Assembly: GCA_964564435.1 (NCBI GenBank)
Contig: CAZMAT010000003.1
Coordinates: 96,451 to 160,450, forward strand
Reading direction: 5' to 3'
Source: an uncultured bacterium
GTDB taxonomy: Bacteria > Fermentibacterota > Fermentibacteria > Fermentibacterales > Fermentibacteraceae
Length of the DNA stretch: 64,000 bases
This document shows positions 36,013 to 46,019 of the stretch, piece after piece. The translations under genes and the position numbers were made by a program. Each line of letters starts with the position of its first letter. Position 1 is the first letter of the stretch. Below the pieces are notes generated by a model that ran no database searches, was not told the DNA's origin, and saw only the letters and a program-made list of their open reading frames with translations.

Positions 36013-37233
36013 CTAGAGGGTCGAGGCGATGTAGGAGGTCAGCTCCCCGAGCCGGTGGGTGTAGCTGCCCATCTCGTTGTCGTACCAGCCGAAGATCTTC
36101 ACGTGTGTCACCGGGATGCTCTCGGTCCGCTCCCCGTCGACCGCGGGCAGGACCACGTCCACGAAGCCCGTGCGGGTGTGCGTCTCGACGGCCTCGATGA
36201 CGACGGCCGCATCCTCGCCCTGCACGTCGGACGATACGTTCTGCTCCTCGCTGTACCTCACGAGGCCCGCCGCCTCGCCCAGGGATGCGTCGCGATAGAT
36301 GGCGTTGATGGCGTCGCGGTCGATGAGCGGCCTGCCCTCGCCGTCCATCCCGGACTGGAACGTGATGTTGAGGATGATGAGGCTGACCGTGGATGTGGGG
36401 ATCCTCACCGAATCCGCCATGAAGCCTATCCTCGAGATCTCGGGCAGCACCTGCTCCAGGGCCTTGGCCGCCCCGGTCGAAGTGAGGACGATGTTGGACA
36501 GGCCGGCCCGGGCCTTCCTCATGTCCTTCGCCCCGGAGTCCGGGACGGCGTCGAGGACGGGCTGGCTGGGGGTGATGGAGTGTACTGTGCTCATCCCCGC
36601 CGTGATCATGCGGCGGGTCAGGTCCCTTTCCAGCAGGGGCCGCATCATGTGTGCAAGGGCTGTCGTGGTGCACGATCCGCCGGAGACGACGGTGTGCCGG
36701 CCCGGCTCGAACCTGTGGTGGTTGATGCCGTAGATCATCATTATGGCGTCGTCGGGATCGGGGGCGTTCTTCTGCCTGCTCTTGAAGGGCGCGCTCTGGA
36801 TCACTGCCCTGGCCCCGGCCGCCAGATGACCTCTCAGCGCTCCTCCCGGAGTGTCCGCCTCGGCGTGCTGGTCCACGAACCTGCCGGTGCAGTCCACCAC
36901 GAGGGACACCCCGTTGTCCCGCCAGGGGATGTCCTTCGGGTTGCGCGCCTCCCTGAGGATCCGCACCTCCCGCCCCTGGATCGAGAGGATGCCCCTGCCC
37001 TCGTCGACGACCCTGCAGTCCCTGGTGGCATTGAGTCCGCCCAGCCACCTGTGCAGCAGCCCGTAGGTGCTGTCCTTGACGATGTACTGGATCACCGAAT
37101 CGAGCGACGTCCCGACCTCGCGCCCTGTGTTCACGACGAAACGGTCGAAGTCATCGCGTCCCAGGTGGTGCCACAGGGTCAGCTTCCCGATCCTGCCGAG
37201 CCCGTTGATCCCGAGTACACGCTGTCCGCTCAT
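36013..37233 (-). CDS. gap: glyceraldehyde-3-phosphate dehydrogenase family protein
   Basis: VLGINGLGRIGKLTLWHHL (NAD-binding), SGGSCTTTALAHMMRPL (catalytic Cys). 406 aa, longer than canonical GAPDH. GGGAGG RBS. Confidence 0.85.
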   Translation of the reverse strand: MSGQRVLGINGLGRIGKLTLWHHLGRDDFDRFVVNTGREVGTSLDSVIQYIVKDSTYGLLHRWLGGLNATRDCRVVDEGRGILSIQGREVRILREARNPKDIPWRDNGVSLVVDCTGRFVDQHAEADTPGGALRGHLAAGARAVIQSAPFKSRQKNAPDPDDAIMMIYGINHHRFEPGRHTVVSGGSCTTTALAHMMRPLLERDLTRRMITAGMSTVHSITPSQPVLDAVPDSGAKDMRKARAGLSNIVLTSTGAAKALEQVLPEISRIGFMADSVRIPTSTVSLIILNITFQSGMDGEGRPLIDRDAINAIYRDASLGEAAGLVRYSEEQNVSSDVQGEDAAVVIEAVETHTRTGFVDVVLPAVDGERTESIPVTHVKIFGWYDNEMGSYTHRLGELTSYIASTL

Positions 37234-37273
37234 GGTGTCGCCTCCCTGGTATTCGATCGAGCTGGTTCCGTCA

Positions 37274-40200
37274 TCAGATCGGCCGGGCGGTGACCGGAAG
37301 CCTCCCGGGGAAGATGTGACCGGTGCGCCCGTCGATGCTGAGCCAGTCCCCGGGCTTCATCTCGAGTCCGGCGAGCCTGGCCGAGCCCTTCTGTTCGTCC
37401 ACTTCGAGCCTGTGGCAGTCCACCACAGCCGTCTTCCCGAGCCTTTTCGCCGTCACCGCCGCGTGGGACGTGGCTCCTCCCCTCGCGGTAAGTATCCCCT
37501 GGACCTTCACGATCATCTCGATGTCCTCGGGGACCGTGTCCGGCCGCAGCAGCAGGATGCTCTCACCCGGACTCCCGGCGAGCAGAATCTCGATCTGCTC
37601 CCTGTTGACCGCGACCCTGCCGGAGTAGGCTCCGCCGGACACCCCCATCCCCAGGGCGACGGGCTCTGCCGGAGATCCCGCGTCGGAGACGAAGTATGGC
37701 GCATCGGAAGCCGGCTCCGAAACCATGGGCCTCTTCTGTAGGAAGTACAAGTCCCTGCCCGAGGGTGACTCGAACGTGAACTCGATCTCCTGGGGATCGT
37801 ACTCCCGGAGCGAGACGATGTCGCGGGAGGCATCCAGCAGGGTCCGGTAGACGTCGGGGAAATCCTTTTCGAGCGAGTTCTCCACCCCGTCGTAGAGGCT
37901 GCTCCCGAGGCGCTGGGCCTCGGAGATCGGCATGGGGGAGACCAGGCCCCCGACCAGGTCCTCCCCCTGGCTGCATGTCGTGAAGTCGCCGAAGAGCCTC
38001 ACCTGTCGGGTGTACCGGTCGTGGGGGTTCCTGGTGAAGGTCACGCCGGAGCCCGAAAGCCTGTTCCTGTTTCCGAAGACCATCCTCTGGAGGATGACCG
38101 CGGTCCCCCAGTCGTCCGCTATGCCCGTGCAGGACCGGTAGAACTTCGCGTGCGGCGAATCCCACGATTCGAGCACCTTGTGGATGCAGGCCACGACCTG
38201 TTCGAAGGGATCGTCCACGAAGGCGACTCCCAGGCCCTCCGCCCTCGTGCGGTAGGCGGCCGCCATCTCCCGCATGTGCTCCGGGGCGAAGTCCATCTTG
38301 AGCTGTACGCCGTAGCGCTTCTTGAAGTCGATCATGATCTCGTCGAAGATCTCCCGGTCGTGCCCGAAGCTCATGGCCCATGTCTGGACGAAGCGCCTGT
38401 AGGAGTCCCAGGCGGCCCAGGCATATCCCTCCCTCTGCGACAGGGCCTCGGTCAGATCAGGATTGAGCCCCACGTCCACGAAGGTCGTCATGAAGCCGGG
38501 CATCGAGATCGCAGACCCGGAGCGGATCGAGAGGATCAGGGGGCGGTCCCTGTCGCCCAGGCGGAGGCCGGTCTTCTCCTCCATGTCGTCCAGGGCGCGG
38601 CGGATCCGTCCTATCGTATCCCTGTACATCGGGCCGTAGGACATCGCGGGAAGCGCAGAGAACAGCTCGGCCGTGATCACGAAGCACTCGGGCACGTTGA
38701 GGCCGTAGGCGGCCAGGTGCTTCAACCCCAGCCCCTTGTAGCCCAGCGTCATCTGGTCGTCCGCCGCGGGCCGGCTCTCGTGGAGGGGCGAGATGAGGCA
38801 GTCCGGATCGTAGTTCATCATGCGGGTGAGCGCATCGGGGCTCAGGCTGCCGGCGAGGTCGGATATCTGGCGGTACTTGTCGCCGACATACCTGTCCAGC
38901 GCCTGGATCCCCTGGGCCGAGACGAGCACCTCGCGCAGGACGATCTCGGACACGGCGTCGACTGTCATCCCCCGGGCCTCGCACTGCCTCGGATCGTTCG
39001 AGAGCACTATGCGGAGGATCTGGTCGTGGCTCAGGATGGAGGCCCTGGAGAGCGAGCTGACGCTCTGCACGAGGAAGAGGAAGATGTTCCTGTACTGGTG
39101 GAAGGTGATGTTGTGCCAGGAGAAGCTCGCCTCGAGGAGCCCGATGCTGGCCGTGAACGTGCGGGTGTTCACGCCGTCCAGCGCGAGCACCCTGTCGAAC
39201 CGCCTGAGGTCCTTGGCCATCTTCCTGAGAGAGGCCCTGTTGACGAAGGGGATCTCCGGCTGGGAGACAAGGTCGTCCAGCAGCCTCGCGAGGAGCGTCT
39301 CGAGCCTGAAGGTCAGGCCGAGCGCCTCGAACTTGGGCTCCGAGTAGGAGCCGTACATCGAGGGGATCCCTGCGGCGATGTGCCTCTTGTGATAGATGTT
39401 CTCGACCGCCGCGGAGGGTGCGGGGTCGAGGATGATCTCCTTGAGCTGCTCCATGATGTCGAGCATGGCGTCCATGAGGGCATCCCTCTGCTCTCCGCGC
39501 GGATCCTGGCGCCAAGCCCGGAGGGAGTCCGAGAATGCCCTGCGCGCCTCCGTGTCCAGCCCGGTGTGGTCGATGACCGTCTTCTCGAGGGAGTCGGTGG
39601 AGAACGAGTACTTGCTGCGGAGGAGCTGGTAGAGGCGTATCATGAGCGCGACCCTTGTCCTGTCGGCCTCCGGGAGATGGCCCGCCTCCTCCATCCTTTC
39701 GGCAAGGGACTGCGGGGACAGGGTGGCCAGCCCCTCTATCAGCTCTCCCACGGGATCTCCGCTGTCGAGGTCGCCGCAGGGCCCTCCCCAGTGCTCATGG
39801 AGCCTCGCCAGCACCTCTCCCGGGCCCTTCGCATGCTCGTGCTCCCTGCTCACGGCCTCGAACACGCTCCCGGACAGGTACCTGCGCAGGGGGGACGCGT
39901 CCGAGGTGGCCCAGTAGCGGAGCACCGACCGGCTGAAGTCGACCAGCCTGCTGGACGACTCGGCGTGGGTCTGCTTCCTGAGGAAGTGGATCAGGGAGTC
40001 CCTCCTGCCGCAGATCTCGTCGATTCTCGTGGAAACGGACCTGAGCTCGCCCTCGGCCCCGAGGTCGCTGAAGTAGGACGGGAACGTCCTGAGGAGCTGC
40101 TTGGCCACGAAGTAGACGGGCCCGATGTCGGCGTTCAGGAATCGGGTGATGTCCCTCTGGAACAGGTCCGTGTCGGATATGAACACCCCTCCGAGCCGGA

Positions 40201-41434
40201 GCTGCACGTTCAGCGCCGCTGCGAGCTGCTCGTAGAGCGCGGGGTTGGATTCCACTATCCTCATCCAGCAGCGGATCTTGGGCAGGTGGTAGGGGTTGAC
40301 GACAGTCTCCCAATCGTCCGTCGCCTCGCCCACCTCGGGGTACTGGAACTTCCAGTAGAGTATGTCCTCGATGATGTGATCGGCGGCCTTGGTGTTCCCC
40401 GCCCTGCCGATGGCGGTGCCGATCGCCTCGTAGCACTGGAACCTCCGGATGAGGAAGCTGTCCTCCCTCCGGCCGAAGAACCCCTTGAGCCTGCTCAGGA
40501 TCCTGTGGACGTCGGCATGCCTGTCGGGCTCCATCAGGTCCTTGACCACGAGGAGGAGCGTGTTCAGGACTTCCTGCTGCCTGTACCCCAGGCTGTCGTC
40601 CTTCAGGTAGTAGAGGCAGACCAGGAACCTGTCGCCCGGGTCGTCTATCTCGAAGATGCCCGCGACCGCCCTGTCCACCAGGTCCGAGAAGGAGGGGAGG
40701 GCCCCCGAGAGGAGGTCCCGGGGCTGCGCCCCGGAGAGCGCCGATTCCAGGGCCGAGAGCTCGCCTGCCGACAGGAAGGAGAAGGAGGAGACTATGAGGT
40801 CGGGCCCCGCGAGCCCCGTATCCTCGCTCCGGCTCCAGCTCGCCACGTCCAGGTGGTCGCGCGCGTACCGGTACCCGAGCCCCAGTACAGACCTGTAGAG
40901 GCTCTCGAGCGGATCTGCGAGCCCCGGGAATTCGTGCCCTTTCCTGTAGAGCTCCCTGAGCAGCGAGTCGCGTTCCAGGAAGGCCCCGGGAGACTTCGAG
41001 AGCAGAGAGGACAGGTCTGCGCAGAGATCGGGCACCAGCTCCGAGTATTCCTCCCCGTGGCGCCCCGCGACGGCCGTGGATGTCCACAGCAGGACGATGC
41101 GGAGCAGGGCGGAGGTCTGCCTCTCCTCCAGGGGGCTCCTGATCAGGCCGGAGAGGAGTTCCGCAAGGAGCCGGAAGAGGACGGCCCTGTCCGGAACCTG
41201 CTCGACGTATGCCCAGTCGCGGAGGAGGATCGTCTGGAAACCCTCGATGAGCGTGTCGATGTTCCTGAACTCGTGGAAGTACTCGGTGAGGGTGTCGACC
41301 ATCGTGCCGCGCACGCCGTGGAACTTCTCGACGGCGGACACGAGAGGGGAGAAGCGGTCGGGGATGGCCACCTTCCTCGCAGTATCAGCGATGTTCGCCC
41401 TCAGCGCATCGGAGTCGGGTATCGGATCCCTCAT
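37274..41434 (-). CDS. large PPDK-like phosphotransferase: ~850-aa helical N-terminal region + PEP/pyruvate-binding ATP-grasp domain + PEP-utilising mobile His domain, no TIM-barrel domain
   Basis: C-terminal GGATSHAAVTAKRLGKTAVVDC (phosphohistidine mobile domain) and upstream PPDK_N-like region (NVPECFVITAELF...). Start set at MRDPIPDSD (ATG 41434, AGGGA RBS). Confidence 0.7.
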   Translation of the reverse strand: MRDPIPDSDALRANIADTARKVAIPDRFSPLVSAVEKFHGVRGTMVDTLTEYFHEFRNIDTLIEGFQTILLRDWAYVEQVPDRAVLFRLLAELLSGLIRSPLEERQTSALLRIVLLWTSTAVAGRHGEEYSELVPDLCADLSSLLSKSPGAFLERDSLLRELYRKGHEFPGLADPLESLYRSVLGLGYRYARDHLDVASWSRSEDTGLAGPDLIVSSFSFLSAGELSALESALSGAQPRDLLSGALPSFSDLVDRAVAGIFEIDDPGDRFLVCLYYLKDDSLGYRQQEVLNTLLLVVKDLMEPDRHADVHRILSRLKGFFGRREDSFLIRRFQCYEAIGTAIGRAGNTKAADHIIEDILYWKFQYPEVGEATDDWETVVNPYHLPKIRCWMRIVESNPALYEQLAAALNVQLRLGGVFISDTDLFQRDITRFLNADIGPVYFVAKQLLRTFPSYFSDLGAEGELRSVSTRIDEICGRRDSLIHFLRKQTHAESSSRLVDFSRSVLRYWATSDASPLRRYLSGSVFEAVSREHEHAKGPGEVLARLHEHWGGPCGDLDSGDPVGELIEGLATLSPQSLAERMEEAGHLPEADRTRVALMIRLYQLLRSKYSFSTDSLEKTVIDHTGLDTEARRAFSDSLRAWRQDPRGEQRDALMDAMLDIMEQLKEIILDPAPSAAVENIYHKRHIAAGIPSMYGSYSEPKFEALGLTFRLETLLARLLDDLVSQPEIPFVNRASLRKMAKDLRRFDRVLALDGVNTRTFTASIGLLEASFSWHNITFHQYRNIFLFLVQSVSSLSRASILSHDQILRIVLSNDPRQCEARGMTVDAVSEIVLREVLVSAQGIQALDRYVGDKYRQISDLAGSLSPDALTRMMNYDPDCLISPLHESRPAADDQMTLGYKGLGLKHLAAYGLNVPECFVITAELFSALPAMSYGPMYRDTIGRIRRALDDMEEKTGLRLGDRDRPLILSIRSGSAISMPGFMTTFVDVGLNPDLTEALSQREGYAWAAWDSYRRFVQTWAMSFGHDREIFDEIMIDFKKRYGVQLKMDFAPEHMREMAAAYRTRAEGLGVAFVDDPFEQVVACIHKVLESWDSPHAKFYRSCTGIADDWGTAVILQRMVFGNRNRLSGSGVTFTRNPHDRYTRQVRLFGDFTTCSQGEDLVGGLVSPMPISEAQRLGSSLYDGVENSLEKDFPDVYRTLLDASRDIVSLREYDPQEIEFTFESPSGRDLYFLQKRPMVSEPASDAPYFVSDAGSPAEPVALGMGVSGGAYSGRVAVNREQIEILLAGSPGESILLLRPDTVPEDIEMIVKVQGILTARGGATSHAAVTAKRLGKTAVVDCHRLEVDEQKGSARLAGLEMKPGDWLSIDGRTGHIFPGRLPVTARPI

Positions 41435-41513
41435 GGCGTTCCCTGCGAATCCCCGGGCACTCTCCCCCGGACCTGCCGGCGTCCGGGGCCTCCGGCCGGC
41501 GGGTCGTGCGAGG

Positions 41514-43211
41514 CTATAGCCCGCCGTCCTCCACCGAGTCAAGCCATGCCGCGACCGGGCCGATCGTCGCTCCCACCGCTCCGTCCGCGAACGGGTTCCG
41601 CAGCCCCGTGGCGGACAGGAGCTCCGTGAACGAGCGGCTGCCGCCCAGGTCGCAGAGCCCGGTGTAGGCTCCCATGGCTGTGTCGCGTCCGGCCCGCGCC
41701 CTTCCCCAGAACTCGAACGCGCACACCTGGGCGAGCGTGTAGTCGATGTAGTAGAAGGGATCCTCGAAGATGTGGCCCTGCCTGAACCAGAAGCCCCCGT
41801 TCTCGAGGAAGCTGTCGCCGTCGTAGTCGCGCCAGGGCAGGTACCTGCGCTCGATCCCCCTCCAGGCCGCCCGCCTCTCCGACGGCGAGGCCGACGGATT
41901 GCCGTAAACCCGGTGCTGGTACTCGTCGACGGCGGCGCCGTAGGGGATGAACAGGACCGCGCCAGAGAGATGCGCGAACCTGTACTTGTCGGCGTCCCCC
42001 CCGAAGAACCGGTCCATCCAGGGCCAGGCCAGGAACTCCATGCTCATGGAGTGTATCTCGCATGCCTCGAGGGTGGGCGAGAGGTACTCGGGCACCTCGA
42101 AGCCCCTCGAACGATATGCCTGGAAGGCGTGCCCGGCTTCGTGCGTCAGAACGTCGACGTCGCCGCTCGTCCCGTTGAAGTTGGAGAAGATGAAGGGCGC
42201 CCCCTCGGTTGCGATGTACGAGCAGTAGCCGCCTCCGGCCTTGCCGCTCCTTGTCTCGAGGTCCATCAGCTCCCTCTCGACCATGAAGTCGAAGAACTCC
42301 TTCGTGGCGGGGGACATCTCGGAGAACAGGTCCCTGCCGCGGTCGAGTATCCATGACGGACCGCCACCGGGCACGGGATTGCCCGACGGGAACTCGAAGC
42401 TCTCGTCGAAGAACTTGAGGGACGTCAGGCCGATGCGAGCGGCCTGCCTCTTCCTCAGGGCCGCCGCCAGAGGCACGATCGTGCCGAGCACCTGTCCCCT
42501 GTAGCCGGCCACCATCGCGGCGTCGTAGTCGGACCTTCCAAGCCGCGCGTACGCAAGGGGGACGAAGCCGGGGAAGCCGAGCCTCCTGGCGATGCCGTCC
42601 CGGAGGTGCACCAGCTTGTCGTAGATGCCGTCGAACTCCTCGATGTGGGTCGAATAGAAGGAGCTGACCGCCTCGGTGGCGTCCCGCCTCACACCGCGAT
42701 CCTTGGATTCGATGAAGGGAACCATCTGGGGCAGGTTGCGCACCTCGCCCATGAAGTCGATCCGGGCGCCCGCCTTGAGCTTGACATACTCGCTGGCGAG
42801 CCTGTTCTCGGCCTGGAGGTCGCCCAGCACCTCGGGGCTGAAGGTCGAAAGCTGGAGCTCGGCGAGACGGAAGAGCTGAGGACCCCGTCTGCGTTCCAGG
42901 TCGGGCCTGAACCTCGACGAGACGAGCGCGGCATAGAACCGGCTCTTGATGCCTTCGTATACGGGCATGAGTTCGTCGGCCGCGTCGTTCTCCGCGTCGT
43001 AGAAGGCATCGGCGGTGTCGATGGTGTGCCTGATCCGCCCGATGGCGACCATCGACTCGAACCCGTTGCGCTCCAGGTCGATCTCGGCCATGAGCCCGTC
43101 CTGGACTCCCGCCGAGGATGCACTCGCGAACCGGGTCACCAGATCGTCCATCCTGGCTTCGAAGGCATCCCTGTCGGGTCTCCTGTACTCGAAGTCGACG
43201 AACCGCTTCAT
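41514..43211 (-). CDS. pepF: oligoendopeptidase F (M3B family)
   Basis: 565 aa with the HEAGHA zinc motif and PepF-type N-terminus (FEYRRPDRDAFE). GGAGG RBS. Confidence 0.85.
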   Translation of the reverse strand: MKRFVDFEYRRPDRDAFEARMDDLVTRFASASSAGVQDGLMAEIDLERNGFESMVAIGRIRHTIDTADAFYDAENDAADELMPVYEGIKSRFYAALVSSRFRPDLERRRGPQLFRLAELQLSTFSPEVLGDLQAENRLASEYVKLKAGARIDFMGEVRNLPQMVPFIESKDRGVRRDATEAVSSFYSTHIEEFDGIYDKLVHLRDGIARRLGFPGFVPLAYARLGRSDYDAAMVAGYRGQVLGTIVPLAAALRKRQAARIGLTSLKFFDESFEFPSGNPVPGGGPSWILDRGRDLFSEMSPATKEFFDFMVERELMDLETRSGKAGGGYCSYIATEGAPFIFSNFNGTSGDVDVLTHEAGHAFQAYRSRGFEVPEYLSPTLEACEIHSMSMEFLAWPWMDRFFGGDADKYRFAHLSGAVLFIPYGAAVDEYQHRVYGNPSASPSERRAAWRGIERRYLPWRDYDGDSFLENGGFWFRQGHIFEDPFYYIDYTLAQVCAFEFWGRARAGRDTAMGAYTGLCDLGGSRSFTELLSATGLRNPFADGAVGATIGPVAAWLDSVEDGGL

Positions 43212-43350
43212 GACAATCCTCCGTCTCCATTTCCGCCATGCCCGGCGGCAATGGATGATACTCGAAGCGCGGAAGCGGTCAACGATATGCTGGCAGGCCG
43301 CCTCCCCGGAATCGTATCTTCCCGCTTACGCTCTGGAGCAGGGAGGTCTC

Positions 43351-45528
43351 ATGCCCGCACTCACGCTCTCCCTGGTCTGCGCGGCGGCTCTCGGAACTCC
43401 CGAGCTCCGCGCGACGAGGGTCGAAGAAGCCCCCTCAGTGGACGGCCGCCTGGACGAAGCCGTCTGGGCCCTGGCCGGGCCGGTGCCCTGCCTCTTCACA
43501 CAGTACGATCCCGAGAACGGCGCTCCCATGTCCGTGGAGACCGTGATCTCCATCCTTTACGACGACGAGGCTGTCTACTTCGGCTTCGAGCTGTCGGATC
43601 CCGATCCCGCGGGGATGATGGAGGCCCTCTGCCCGAGGGACGACTACGCCACGGGCGAGTGGATCGCCGTGCTCCTGGACACCTGGGGCGACGGCCGGGA
43701 GGCGTCGAGCTTCGAGGTCAGCCTGGCCAACTCGCAGCTCGATTCGAGGATAAGCCCGTTCGGCAACTGGGACTACAGCTGGGATGCGGTATGGAAGAGC
43801 GGCACCTGCCGCACTGACAGCGGCTGGTCGGCCGAGATCGCAATTCCCTTCAGCTGCCTGCGCTTCTCAGGGTCGGAAGGGGAGCAGCCCTGGACCGTCA
43901 ATTTCCAGAGGATCAGAGGCGCGACCAGGGAGAACGGCTGGTTCGTGCTGTCCGATACACAGCAGATGGCCCGGCTGGAGACATTCGCCCCCATCCGCGG
44001 CATGTCGGGGGTCGACCGCTCGCTGGGCATCGAGTTCCGTCCGTACGGGTCGGCGAGGCTGCTGAGGACTGCCGAGGCGGACTCGTGGAACTCCGATCCG
44101 GATGCCGGACTGGACGTCAAGATAGGGATCTCCAGCGGAGTAGCGCTGGATCTCACCGTACTCCCCGACTTCGGACAGGTCGAGGCCGACGAGGCGGAGA
44201 TGAATCTCTCGCACTTCGAGCTCTTCCTCGACGAGCGCAGGCCGTTCTTCATGGAGTCGGAGGACATCTTCGAGATGCCGTTCCACATGTTCTACTCCAG
44301 GCGGATAGGCGCCGCCGCCCCCAACGGCGAGGTCACCCCTATAGCCGGCGGGTTCAAGCTTTCCGGCAACCTCGGCGGCGGGTACAGGTTCGGCCTCCTC
44401 GACGCGGTCACCTCGTCGGTCTCGGAGGACTCCGTCACCATCGAGCCTGCGGCCAACTACTCGATCCTCAGGGCGATGCGTGAATCAGGCTCCTACGACT
44501 ACGTCGGCGTCGCGGCGGTCGACCGCTATTCGTGGGCCCAGGACGGCATCCCCGCGGCCGAGAGTCGCGCGTTCGCCGTGGACGGCAGCATCCTGATCCC
44601 CGGCAACCATCTCCTGCACGGGGAGGTCGCGGGCTCCTCGGGCACCGGCCTCGAGAGCGACGGAGCTTACGAGATCTCGATGAGCAGGGTGAGGAGCACG
44701 TTCACGTATGACGGCGGCTTCTCGTACGTCGGGGAGGACTTCGACGTCAACGCCACGGGCTTCACGACCCAGACCGGCTACTGGGACGGATGGGCCAGCG
44801 CCTACCGCTCGCTCGCACCGGGAGGTTTCATAAGCAGGGCCGGCTACGGCCTCTCGGCCTACTACGCGGAGCTGGACAGCGGTGAGATCACAAGCAGGAA
44901 CATCTCCGCAGACGCCGACGCAAGCCTGCCGAGCGGAGCGAACTTCGGAGGAGGCGCCGGACTCGACGGGCGCACGTTCGACCGGTACGAGGGCCCTTCG
45001 GGGCGCTGGTACGACGGCACTGCATCCGTGTACGCCTATGCCGGCACGGGCAGGTTCCATGGCATGAGCCTCTCAGCCGATGCGGGCACCGGAGGGTACT
45101 GCAACGGCGGCAGCTACGTCGACTGCGGCCTGCATTACTCGATCAGGCCATCCGAGCCGCTCGTCCTCTCGCTCGAGGGCGACTGGTACAGGACCGAAGG
45201 CGCGGACAGGTACAACTGGGAGGCCGAAGAGTGGGACGTCAGGGACACGGACTGGCGGTCGCTGGTCTTCAGGGCCGGGTACATGTTCGGCCCCGACATG
45301 GACGTCAGGCTGTTCTCCCAGCTCTCGGAGTTCGAGTCGGACTTCGCGCTGACGGGGGAGACGGAGAGCGGGGAGCTCGCCGCCAACATGCTCTTCTCCT
45401 GGCGCTACAGGCCCGGCAGCATGCTGTACCTGCTCGGGGAGAACCGGTTCGAGAAGGAGGCCGACGGCGGGTTCGGCTCCCCGGACCTGGGCCTCTATGC
45501 GAAGCTGACCTGGTTCCTCCCCGTCTAG
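43351..45528 (+). CDS. secreted DUF5916-like protein with N-terminal CBM9-like domain
   Basis: Signal peptide MPALTLSLVCAAALG. VDGRLDEAVWA...FTQYDPENGAPMSVETVISILYDDEAVYFGFELSDPDP resembles the carbohydrate-binding family-9-like fold. GGGAGG RBS before ATG 43351; the track ORF is extended from 43015. Confidence 0.55.
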   Translation: MPALTLSLVCAAALGTPELRATRVEEAPSVDGRLDEAVWALAGPVPCLFTQYDPENGAPMSVETVISILYDDEAVYFGFELSDPDPAGMMEALCPRDDYATGEWIAVLLDTWGDGREASSFEVSLANSQLDSRISPFGNWDYSWDAVWKSGTCRTDSGWSAEIAIPFSCLRFSGSEGEQPWTVNFQRIRGATRENGWFVLSDTQQMARLETFAPIRGMSGVDRSLGIEFRPYGSARLLRTAEADSWNSDPDAGLDVKIGISSGVALDLTVLPDFGQVEADEAEMNLSHFELFLDERRPFFMESEDIFEMPFHMFYSRRIGAAAPNGEVTPIAGGFKLSGNLGGGYRFGLLDAVTSSVSEDSVTIEPAANYSILRAMRESGSYDYVGVAAVDRYSWAQDGIPAAESRAFAVDGSILIPGNHLLHGEVAGSSGTGLESDGAYEISMSRVRSTFTYDGGFSYVGEDFDVNATGFTTQTGYWDGWASAYRSLAPGGFISRAGYGLSAYYAELDSGEITSRNISADADASLPSGANFGGGAGLDGRTFDRYEGPSGRWYDGTASVYAYAGTGRFHGMSLSADAGTGGYCNGGSYVDCGLHYSIRPSEPLVLSLEGDWYRTEGADRYNWEAEEWDVRDTDWRSLVFRAGYMFGPDMDVRLFSQLSEFESDFALTGETESGELAANMLFSWRYRPGSMLYLLGENRFEKEADGGFGSPDLGLYAKLTWFLPV

Positions 45529-45550
45529 TCCGGTGAGTCGGGTGAGTCCG

Positions 45551-45744
45551 GTGTCAGAGGAAAAAATGTAAAGTAATCAGGCTTTTGGAATAGAAGACCG
45601 AAATGTCTTGAGAAATAACGTATTAAAGCACTATATGATCGATGCAACCCATTGCCTGTCTTTTGTTTTCAGGATTCTTGGATTGCATCTTCTTGAGGGT
45701 CCGATTACACGATTCTGATTACTTTACATTTTTTCCTCTGACAC
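45551..45744. mobile_element. MITE-like element: perfect 30-bp terminal inverted repeats flanking a 134-bp AT-rich core
   Basis: gtgtcagaggaaaaaatgtaaagtaatcag (45551-45580) is the exact reverse complement of 45715-45744. The core is ~38% GC against a ~68% GC background, has no ORF, and lies 9 nt from the 3' end of tRNA-Ser. Confidence 0.55.
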
Positions 45745-45753
45745 CGACCGATG

Positions 45754-45844
45754 TGGCGGAGGGGGTGGGATTCGAACCCACGGACCCCACTAGGGAGTCA
45801 ACGGTTTTCGAGACCGCCCCGATCGACCTCTCCGGCACCCCTCC
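45754..45844 (-). tRNA. tRNA-Ser (anticodon CGA)
   Basis: 91-nt reverse-strand cloverleaf: acceptor GGAGGGG/CCCCTCC, anticodon loop CTCGAAA, long variable arm, T-loop TTCGAAT, encoded CCA. Closely resembles E. coli tRNA-Ser. Confidence 0.85.
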
Positions 45845-46019
45845 GCACGGCCCCGAATATCCGCTTTCGGGCCCCCTCGTGCAAATCCGGTCTTGCCCTG
45901 CCGGATGACTCGGTCTATTTTCACCCTGCTGTGACCAGATGCCGGAACTTCACCCTGCATCGCGGGTTGTTGATGGCAGGTACGTCAGTGAGACTCAACT
46001 CGGCTCTGCTGGAGGAACG

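Noticed and set aside
35729-37048. 439-aa minus-strand ORF
   Set aside because: Overlaps the gap gene in another frame with an Arg/Gly-rich translation. Only its last 70 codons (35729-35940, downstream of gap) look like a real small gene.
38021-41629. 1202-aa plus-strand ORF
   Set aside because: Lies entirely antisense to the PPDK-like gene, whose PEP-utilising mobile domain and ATP-grasp motifs are clear. Low-complexity R/E/G/P-rich translation.
45845-45940. Promoter for tRNA-Ser (TTGCAC ... TATTCG on the minus strand)
   Set aside because: Spacing of 19 nt and a weak -10. It cannot be distinguished from chance in this GC-rich context, so it is not reported as a feature.
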